From NCBI GenBank assembly GCA_036501845.1, contig DASXZO010000040.1, positions 22,568-86,567 of the forward strand: a DNA stretch of 64,000 nt, read 5' to 3'. Position 1 is the first letter of the stretch. The number at the start of each line of letters is the position of its first letter. The notes below the pieces were generated by a model. That model had not been told where the DNA came from and did not search any database. It saw only the letters and a list, made by a program, of their open reading frames with translations. The translations under genes and the position numbers were made by a program. Below are positions 17,428-24,334 of the stretch, piece by piece. This stretch comes from Acidimicrobiia bacterium. GTDB lineage: Bacteria > Actinomycetota > Acidimicrobiia > IMCC26256 > PALSA-610.

Positions 17428-19140
17428 ATGCGCGGCGCCTGGCTCGACGACGACGATCCGGTCGGCCGCAACGCGCGGCGTCACGATGGCGCGGCGCGAT
17501 GGCACGACCCGACGCTCGAGGATCGTGACTGGACGCCGCCGTCGTTGCGCGGCGGCGTGCACCTCCCCGAGCCCGACGCCACAAAGCATTCCGTCGCGAA
17601 CGCGCAGCTTGACATGCCCAGCGGGACACGCACGCGCGGCCCGTGGCTGAGCGACTTCGACGACGACGTCACGGTTCGCAAGCATCGCGGCTCGCACCGC
17701 GGGTCGGGACCGGACCCACTCGACCCACTCGACCCACTCGGCGACGCCGGCGACCACGACCGCGGCGACCGGCACCACGCCGTGCCCGGCACTCGAGAGA
17801 AGCCGGCACCAGGCTGGACCCAGGCGCTGCTCGGCATCGGCGCGCTGTTCGCGGTGGGAACAGTGATCGCCGGGGCCGTCGGCAGCTCCGAGACCCGCGC
17901 CGCGGCCGTGACGATGATCGTGCTCTGCCTCATCGCCTTCCCGTTGCTGAAGCGCGTTGCGGGTGGCCGGCGCGACTACGAGCAGATCCTGTACGCGGGT
18001 CTGGGTTTCAAGCTCACGATGACGGTGGCCCGCTACTACCTCGCGTCGGGCGGCTACTACAAGAACTCCGACGCCTACGGCTACGACTTCTACGGCCGCC
18101 AGATCGCCAGCCAATACCTGCGGCACGGGCATCTGCCGCCATGGAAGTCGTGGACGGGTACGCCGTTCCTTCGCCTCGTGACCGGCTTCGTGTACACGAT
18201 CATGCCGGCTTCGGAGCTCGCCGCGTTCTTCGTGTTCGCCGCGTTCAGCTTCATCGGCACGCTGCTGTTCTGGAAGGGCGTGCAGAAGTTCGCGCCGCCT
18301 CCGAGCGACCGCAAGTACCTGCTGATGCTGATGTTCATCCCGTCGTTCGTGTACTGGCCCTCGGCGCTCGGCAAAGAGGCCTTCATCATCCTCTGCCTCG
18401 GTCTCACCACCTACGGCTTCGCGTGCGTGTTGAAGAACAACGTGGTCGTCGGACTCCCGTGCATCGTGGGTGGCGTCGCGGGAATGACGATGGTGCGCCC
18501 GCACGTGGGCATCGCGGTCATGATCGGCCTCACGATCGCGACCGCGCTGGCGAAGCAGTCGGGCCGGCGCACCGGCTTGGTCGCGATGGTGATCTTCCTC
18601 ATCATCGGTAGCGGCTTCGTGATCAGCAAGGCCAACTCGTTCTTCAAGTCCGACGTGACGAACGCGAGCAACATCACCGCGCAGCTGAACGCCGCGGGCA
18701 CGCGCACAGGGCAAGGCGGATCCGAGTTCGAGCCCACTCCGGTGAATCCCGTGAACTTTCCGTTCGCGGTGGTGACCGTGCTCATCCGTCCGTTCCCGTG
18801 GGAGACGACGAGCGTTCCCGAGCTCGCGACTGCGCTCGAGTCGATGGTGATCGGATGGTTCATCATCAGAGGCTTGAAGGACATCCGCGGCCGCCTGAGA
18901 CGCGACAACCCACTCGCGATCTACGCGCTCGTCGTCACCCTCGTGTTCGTGGTGCTCTTCTGGCAGTTCTCGAACTTCGGCATCCTCGCCCGCCAACGCA
19001 CGCAGATCGCGCCATTCATGTTCATGCTGCTTGCGATGCCGGTGACCGAATTCGTCGAGAAGAAACGCGTGCGCCGCGAGCGGCGCAGCGGCAAGTCCGC
19101 ATGGGACGAGTGGGACGCAGCCCACGGCGAATTGGCGTAA
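17428..19140 (+). CDS. polytopic membrane protein, candidate polysaccharide polymerase (Wzy/O-antigen-ligase-like)
   Basis: About 10 predicted TM segments follow a roughly 130-aa charged N-terminus. The gene lies directly after the Wzz/BY-kinase gene. The start is uncertain (alternative ATG at 17614). The functional call rests on context only. Confidence 0.45.
   Translation: MRGAWLDDDDPVGRNARRHDGAARWHDPTLEDRDWTPPSLRGGVHLPEPDATKHSVANAQLDMPSGTRTRGPWLSDFDDDVTVRKHRGSHRGSGPDPLDPLDPLGDAGDHDRGDRHHAVPGTREKPAPGWTQALLGIGALFAVGTVIAGAVGSSETRAAAVTMIVLCLIAFPLLKRVAGGRRDYEQILYAGLGFKLTMTVARYYLASGGYYKNSDAYGYDFYGRQIASQYLRHGHLPPWKSWTGTPFLRLVTGFVYTIMPASELAAFFVFAAFSFIGTLLFWKGVQKFAPPPSDRKYLLMLMFIPSFVYWPSALGKEAFIILCLGLTTYGFACVLKNNVVVGLPCIVGGVAGMTMVRPHVGIAVMIGLTIATALAKQSGRRTGLVAMVIFLIIGSGFVISKANSFFKSDVTNASNITAQLNAAGTRTGQGGSEFEPTPVNPVNFPFAVVTVLIRPFPWETTSVPELATALESMVIGWFIIRGLKDIRGRLRRDNPLAIYALVVTLVFVVLFWQFSNFGILARQRTQIAPFMFMLLAMPVTEFVEKKRVRRERRSGKSAWDEWDAAHGELA
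17713..17739 (+). repeat. perfect 9-bp tandem repeat x3
   Basis: GACCCACTC occurs three times in tandem and encodes DPLDPLDPL in the N-terminal region of ORF 17428..19140. Confidence 0.9.
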
Positions 19141-19144
19141 GCGC

Positions 19145-20080
19145 TTATTCGCTGTTGTGGCGCCGCGACTGGCGGCGGGGCGACGGCACCACCTCGGTGG
19201 CCACCAGCGTGGCACCCACGGCGACCGGGAGTGTGGAGAGCAGGGCCAGGTCGACGCGATCGGTGCGGGCCACCACGGCGGCCGCGTAGGCCACGAGCGC
19301 GCCCTGGGCGACGACGGCCGTGGCCACCACGAGCCACACCGCATCGCGCGTGGACCGGCGGCGGTTGAATGAGCCGCTCAGCCGTTGCACCACAGCGCGT
19401 GCGAGCGGTTCGAAGAGGATGAAGCCGCACGCAACGATGCCGGCCACCACGTTGTCGCCGCCCTGGGGCCAGCCGGCCGAGATCAGTACCGCCCACCAGA
19501 ACGCGACCGCAACCGCGTACGCGCCGCCGGCTCCCACCCGAACCAACGGCTTGGGAATCAGCAACAACACCGTGAAGATCGCCGCGCCGGCGAGGGCCGG
19601 ACCGGCCGCGCTGCCCGGCGAGATGAACAGCGGCGCGGCGCACGTGATCGCGAGCAACAGCACACCGAGACCTTGCGACGCGTGGCGGCGGTCGAGGTCC
19701 TCGAGCGCGAGCCCGGTGACGACGGCCGCGAGCGCGGCCAGGATGCGAGCCACCACAGGCACAGAGGGAATCGGTGTGACCGCCAACACCACGCCGCCGA
19801 GCACCGGTAGATAGCGCGCGACTGGATGCTCCCACCGCGCCACGATCTCGCCCGCCGCGAACGCCACGCCTGCCGCGATGAAGATGTAGACGGGCGCCGC
19901 CGCCGGCGACAGGTAGTGCCGGATCGTGAACAGGGCGGCGGCGGCCACCGGCAGGCCCACCACTCCCGGCCGCGCCCGGCGCCAGAGCAACGCCGTGGTG
20001 AAGGCGACGAGTGCCGCAACCGCGCCGAGCACGAGCGCGAGCCTCAGCGCGTCGGTGTCGACGTCGACGGCAAGGATCAC
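19145..20080 (-). CDS. hypothetical polytopic membrane protein (about 10-11 TM)
   Basis: GTG start, 311 aa. The protein is almost entirely hydrophobic helices rich in A/V/L/G. It is the last gene of the 26.3->19.1 kb operon. I recognise no family. Confidence 0.5.
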   Translation of the reverse strand: MILAVDVDTDALRLALVLGAVAALVAFTTALLWRRARPGVVGLPVAAAALFTIRHYLSPAAAPVYIFIAAGVAFAAGEIVARWEHPVARYLPVLGGVVLAVTPIPSVPVVARILAALAAVVTGLALEDLDRRHASQGLGVLLLAITCAAPLFISPGSAAGPALAGAAIFTVLLLIPKPLVRVGAGGAYAVAVAFWWAVLISAGWPQGGDNVVAGIVACGFILFEPLARAVVQRLSGSFNRRRSTRDAVWLVVATAVVAQGALVAYAAAVVARTDRVDLALLSTLPVAVGATLVATEVVPSPRRQSRRHNSE

Positions 20081-20092
20081 GGGGGCGAGATC

Positions 20093-20926
20093 CTAGGAGC
20101 CGGTCGCGACGAGGTCGCGGACCAGATCGCACGCCGCGCCAAGGTCGGAGAACACGAGCCGCGCGGTCGTGGCCGACGCCACCAGGCGTTGCACGTCGTC
20201 GAGTGCCGACGAGCCGAAACGCGCGAGGTTCGGTGCCTGGTCGCCCACGATCGCCGCGGCCTCCGATGCCGCGATCGCTTCCACCCGATCATTGGCGGAC
20301 GCGTCGTAGATGGGGAACACGAGTACATCCACGCTCGCCTCGAAGGCGGCCACGGGCGGTGCGATGAACCACACGTCGTCCATGAACAGCGCCACCTGCG
20401 GATGGCAGTTCGGCTCGAAACGCTCGACGAGCGGCCACGAGCCGTGGCGCAACCCGATCGGGCGCGGGAAGCCGCGCAGCGCACAGCGCGCCTCAGCGGC
20501 CACGCCGGCGAGGTCGACCACCGCGATCTCGTCGCTCATGTACTCGGCGCCGCGCTCGCACAAGCCGAGAGCCAGCGTCGACTTGCCCCGGCCCGAACCC
20601 GCGCACAGCACCACGCCCGTGCCGTCGATGCGCACCGCCGCGGCGTGGATCAGGAGGCCGGCGTCGACCGATCGCCACGCGAGCTGGTTCACCTCCCACG
20701 CAAGCCGCTCGAGCGCGAGCGACGCCGGTGCGTCGCGTAACACGGCCACACCGTCGAGTCCGAGCGCCCAGCCGACCTCATCGCTCACCACCTCGAAGCG
20801 ATGCTCAGGTTCGCGGTCGGTTCGGCAGTGCGCGTAGAGCCGATCGATCAGCTCCAACACGTGGACGTCGTCGCTCGCCACGCTGAAGGCCGAGTCGAGC
20901 GCGGCGTAGGCCGCGGCGTCGCTCAC
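20093..20926 (-). CDS. HPr kinase-like (HprK C-terminal domain-related) P-loop protein
   Basis: LIHAAAVRIDGTGVVLCAGSGRGKSTLALGL is the HprK-type P-loop context. The GTG start makes a GTGA overlap with the upstream stop. Confidence 0.65.
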   Translation of the reverse strand: MSDAAAYAALDSAFSVASDDVHVLELIDRLYAHCRTDREPEHRFEVVSDEVGWALGLDGVAVLRDAPASLALERLAWEVNQLAWRSVDAGLLIHAAAVRIDGTGVVLCAGSGRGKSTLALGLCERGAEYMSDEIAVVDLAGVAAEARCALRGFPRPIGLRHGSWPLVERFEPNCHPQVALFMDDVWFIAPPVAAFEASVDVLVFPIYDASANDRVEAIAASEAAAIVGDQAPNLARFGSSALDDVQRLVASATTARLVFSDLGAACDLVRDLVATGS

Positions 20927-22092
20927 GGCGTGCCGTCTTGGCGACGTTGCGCGCCGCGTGATCGTCCGGTGATCAGTCTCGCGGCGCGGCGGGCCCGCGT
21001 GCCGTAACGGTGTTCGCGATCGTCGAGATAGTCGCGATTCGGGAGCGCCAGCGCGCGCACGTACTCGACGCGCGCGCCCAGGCCTTTCACCGCGCGAGCA
21101 CCGGCCAGCATCTGGCCTGCGTAGCTGCGGTCGTCGGTGATGTACGCGTGCAGCAGCTGACGCTCACGACGCGTCGGCCGGTAGCCAAGCGCCCACGCTT
21201 CGCCGGCCAGCGGCGCGTCGAGCGCGAGCGTGGCGCGGGCGAGCAGGATGGCCCGCGCCAGCACGCTGCGCACACCGAGTTCGTCGGACACCGAGATCAC
21301 GCGATCTATATCGACCTCTTGGCTCAAGATCTGGGCCACATCGCGCAACGGCACGAGGCGTGGTGCCGTGCTCCCGAGACACGCGTGCACGGCCGCCGCG
21401 ACCGCGCGCTCCTCGCGCGCAAGGCACTCCACGCTCGAGCCCGCGAGCACGAATGAGTCGGAGCGCCGCCACAGAGCCGACGCGTCGCCCAGGCCGAACG
21501 GCCCGGCTGTGAGCGCGCGGTGCACGTCGAGTTCGAGCCCGTTTGCCGCAGTGAAGCACACGCCCTTGCCGAAGCGCGCCGTGAAGCCGGGGCGCGGCTC
21601 GTCGAAGCGGCGCTGCATTCCGGCCGCGCTCAGGCACGCGGCCACTGCGTCGAACTGTTCGCCCCGAACGAGCACGTCGATGTCGGTGAACGCACGCAGT
21701 TCTGGCTGTTCGTAATCCAGGTGCGCGCACGACGGCCCCTTCAGCACGCGCATGTCGAGGCCGCGCTCGCCCAGGAGGTTGCGCACCACCAAGAGGAACG
21801 ACTCGAGCCGCAGCGTGGCGACCATGGCAGCTTCGTGCACCGCGAGCAGCGCCTCGTGCTGATCGTCACGCAACGACACCAGACCACGGTCGGCGCCGTC
21901 GAGCACGATCCCGGCGAGGTGCTCGTCGGTGAGGCGCGCGAGCAGCGCGTCCCACTCATCGGCCTCGAGCCCAGCCGGCGACGTGGCGGTCGACGCCGCG
22001 GCCAACCCGAGCGCGGCAAAGGGACCGGCCGCGATCGCCATCTGCGACGACGGCGACGGCGGCGGCGGCGGGAGCACGAGGCCCGTGGTCAC
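20923..22092 (-). CDS. nucleotidyltransferase family protein (NTP_transf_5-like)
   Basis: LKGPSCAHLDYEQPELRAFTDIDVLVRGEQFDAV..GLELDVHRAL matches the uncharacterised nucleotidyltransferase family that accompanies HprK-like kinases. The GTG start makes a GTGA overlap with the PqqD-like stop. Confidence 0.6.
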   Translation of the reverse strand: MTTGLVLPPPPPSPSSQMAIAAGPFAALGLAAASTATSPAGLEADEWDALLARLTDEHLAGIVLDGADRGLVSLRDDQHEALLAVHEAAMVATLRLESFLLVVRNLLGERGLDMRVLKGPSCAHLDYEQPELRAFTDIDVLVRGEQFDAVAACLSAAGMQRRFDEPRPGFTARFGKGVCFTAANGLELDVHRALTAGPFGLGDASALWRRSDSFVLAGSSVECLAREERAVAAAVHACLGSTAPRLVPLRDVAQILSQEVDIDRVISVSDELGVRSVLARAILLARATLALDAPLAGEAWALGYRPTRRERQLLHAYITDDRSYAGQMLAGARAVKGLGARVEYVRALALPNRDYLDDREHRYGTRARRAARLITGRSRGAQRRQDGTP

Positions 22093-22382
22093 GACGTGAC
22101 GCGCTCGAGCACACGCGCCGCGGCGAGGCCGCCCACCAGCGTGTCGATCTCGTTCGCAGGCACGCCGGCCGCGGCGGCGAGGTCGGCGCGCGTCGCGCCG
22201 CGTTGCGCGGCGTCGATCACCGATGCTGCGAGCGCGTCCAGGCGGAGCACGCGCACATCCTGGTACACCGACTCAGCCGCGAGACACACCACCATGCCCG
22301 ACGCGACGCGCCGGCGCAGCAGGCGCGGGTTGGTGCGGAACTGCTCGACGGGCCGTGCGGGCTCAGTGCAGGGCGAGGTCAC
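22089..22382 (-). CDS. PqqD-family (RiPP recognition element-like) small protein
   Basis: This is the 3' end of ORF 22089..22694. FRTNPRLLRRRVASGMVVCLAAESVYQDVRVLRLDALAASVIDAAQRGATRADLAAAAGVPANEIDTLVGGLAAARVLERV follows the PqqD pattern: strand, then 'LN..a..iw', then a winged-helix tail. The proposed GTG start at 22382 overlaps the upstream gene by 20 nt. An ATG at 22295 is the alternative. Confidence 0.5.
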   Translation of the reverse strand: MTSPCTEPARPVEQFRTNPRLLRRRVASGMVVCLAAESVYQDVRVLRLDALAASVIDAAQRGATRADLAAAAGVPANEIDTLVGGLAAARVLERVTS

Positions 22383-23226
22383 CGTCGGCCGCTGCCGCCA
22401 CACGGTTGCGGAGCGAGTAGAGCGTCTTGCCCGCGATGACGGCACCTGCGCCCACGAGCACCACAGCTCGGCTGTCGGCGCCGCTGAACGGCAACTTGCT
22501 GTCGCCGCCGACGCCTTCTGCTGCCGCGCCGGTGCCCGACCGCGGCTTGGCGTTCCGTGCGCCGAGCGCGCTGCCCTTCTTCTTCGCAGGACCGGAGCCG
22601 CCACCACTCGTGGCAATCGGCTTCTTCGATGTGGTCTTGGAACCGGGCTTGGCGATCGCGCCCATGCACTTCTGGTCGACGAAGATCGCGACACCGCACT
22701 TGTACGGATGCCCGTTCTTGCCGAAGCCCGAGAACGAGATGCGGTAGAGCTCGTCGGCGAAGAGCCCGGCGGGCACCGTGAAGTGCGCGTCGAACTTGCC
22801 GTCGGGCCCGACGGTGATGGTGCCGAGCACCTTCACGCCCACGAGCGTGACCGTGATCTTGCTGCTCGGGGCCCATCCACTCCCCCACACGTGGATGGAG
22901 TGCGGCAGGTTGAAGAACACCCGCGGGTCACCCTGGCAGGTGGGATACGCCGGCCCCGGGTGGGTGCCGCCACGTGACGTGGTCGTGCTCTCCGGCGGTG
23001 GCGAGCCCGTAGAGCCCGCGGCATACGCCACATCTTCGAAATGCGGCGCCACCCACACCACGACGGCTCCAGCTGCCCCAACTTTCGCCGCCCGTTTTGC
23101 GAGGTCGCGCCGCGACAACCGCCGCTCGCCCTGATCCACGGGCGAAGTCTGGCACGCAGCGTGGTCGCGAGCAAGCTTTTGGCGCCGCGGCGACAGCGCC
23201 GCGCAAGGAGTTCCGCGCCGCGTCAC
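22363..23226 (-). CDS. Tat-signal secreted protein with an Ig-like domain, Lys-rich linker and C-terminal LPFSG + TM + RNR sorting signal
   Basis: The twin-arginine motif is LSRRDLAKRAAKVGAAGAVVVWV..AYA. ITVTLVGVKVLGTITVGPDGKFDAHFTVPAG has a beta-sandwich-like pattern. The C-terminus is KLPFSGADSRAVVLVGAGAVIAGKTLYSLRNR. The start is uncertain (GTG at 23226 or GTG at 23139). Confidence 0.6.
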   Translation of the reverse strand: MTRRGTPCAALSPRRQKLARDHAACQTSPVDQGERRLSRRDLAKRAAKVGAAGAVVVWVAPHFEDVAYAAGSTGSPPPESTTTSRGGTHPGPAYPTCQGDPRVFFNLPHSIHVWGSGWAPSSKITVTLVGVKVLGTITVGPDGKFDAHFTVPAGLFADELYRISFSGFGKNGHPYKCGVAIFVDQKCMGAIAKPGSKTTSKKPIATSGGGSGPAKKKGSALGARNAKPRSGTGAAAEGVGGDSKLPFSGADSRAVVLVGAGAVIAGKTLYSLRNRVAAAADGDLALH

Positions 23227-23232
23227 CGGGCG

Positions 23233-24282
23233 TCAGGGCTCGAGCCGGGCGGCCGAGCGCACGAGGCGGCCTGCCACCGCCCGTTGCACCCGGGCGAGGC
23301 GCCCTCGCGCCGCCACACTGCGGCGGGCCCTGCGCACTGCGCCAGCCGGGCCGAGCCATTCCGATCCCTGCGTGTAGCCGAGCTCGGCGAGCAACGGGCC
23401 CGCCGCGACGTCGAACTCCACCCGCTCGGCCACATTCCAGTCCTGCCAACCCCCCACCCGCCCGCGCCGCACGAAGCCTTCCGGCTCGCGCGCCGCCGAC
23501 TCGTGGGCCGCGGCCTCCCCGCCGATCACGATGCCGCGCTCGCTGGTGCTGGCGCCGAGCGCGAAGCGGTCCAACCGTTCGGCCGCCTCGGAGCCACCCG
23601 GCGCGACACCACAGAACCCGAACACCGCTTCCAACGCCGCCGCGGCCTCGTGGCCACCGGCGCGCAGCACCTCGTAGCGCACTTCGTGGTACGGCCCGAG
23701 CGCCTGGGCTTCGCGAGCCGCCACCACGTAGTTGCGCCAGGTGCGGGCCGCCGCGCCGACCGAGCTCGGCGCGCCCCACGCCTTGCCCCAACCCTGCGAC
23801 GCCGCCACGAGCGAGGCGGCCACGTCACGGCCGTCGCGCACGATGTGCACGAACCGGGCCTGGGGCACATGCCGCGCGATGAGATCGACATGCAGGCTGT
23901 GCGACGGCGTCTTCTCCACCACGATCGTGGCGCCTGGTTTCAGCGCCGCGATCGCGCGCAACACGTCGTTCACGAAGTGGCCGATCTCGGTGTGGAACTC
24001 GGCCTCGGTGAGCACTGCGCCGAGACCGGTGAATCGCCGCTGCTGGCGTTCGGCCACCGAGCCCCGGGCCTCGTAGCGCCAACGCTCCTCGAGCGGCGCG
24101 ACGTATCGCGAGAACAGGTTCGTCTCCTGCGGGCTCACGATCGCGTCGTGCGACGCCAGCAGCGTTTGCAACCACGTGGTGCCACTGCGTGGCGCGCCGA
24201 CCAACGCGATCAATGCCAGCGGTTCGCCCTGGCTGTGCGCAGCGGCGCGCGACGCCGAATCAGACCCGCGAGCCCCGGCCAT
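23233..24282 (-). CDS. sulfotransferase family protein
   Basis: The PAPS 5'-PSB loop is LVGAPRSGTTWLQTLL and the 3'-PB region is FVHIVRDGRDVAASL. The ORF has an ATG start. Confidence 0.75.
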   Translation of the reverse strand: MAGARGSDSASRAAAHSQGEPLALIALVGAPRSGTTWLQTLLASHDAIVSPQETNLFSRYVAPLEERWRYEARGSVAERQQRRFTGLGAVLTEAEFHTEIGHFVNDVLRAIAALKPGATIVVEKTPSHSLHVDLIARHVPQARFVHIVRDGRDVAASLVAASQGWGKAWGAPSSVGAAARTWRNYVVAAREAQALGPYHEVRYEVLRAGGHEAAAALEAVFGFCGVAPGGSEAAERLDRFALGASTSERGIVIGGEAAAHESAAREPEGFVRRGRVGGWQDWNVAERVEFDVAAGPLLAELGYTQGSEWLGPAGAVRRARRSVAARGRLARVQRAVAGRLVRSAARLEP

Positions 24283-24334
24283 CTCGAATGCATTCTATTG
24301 AGCACGTCCCACCGCGCCGGTCGAACAACCCGCG

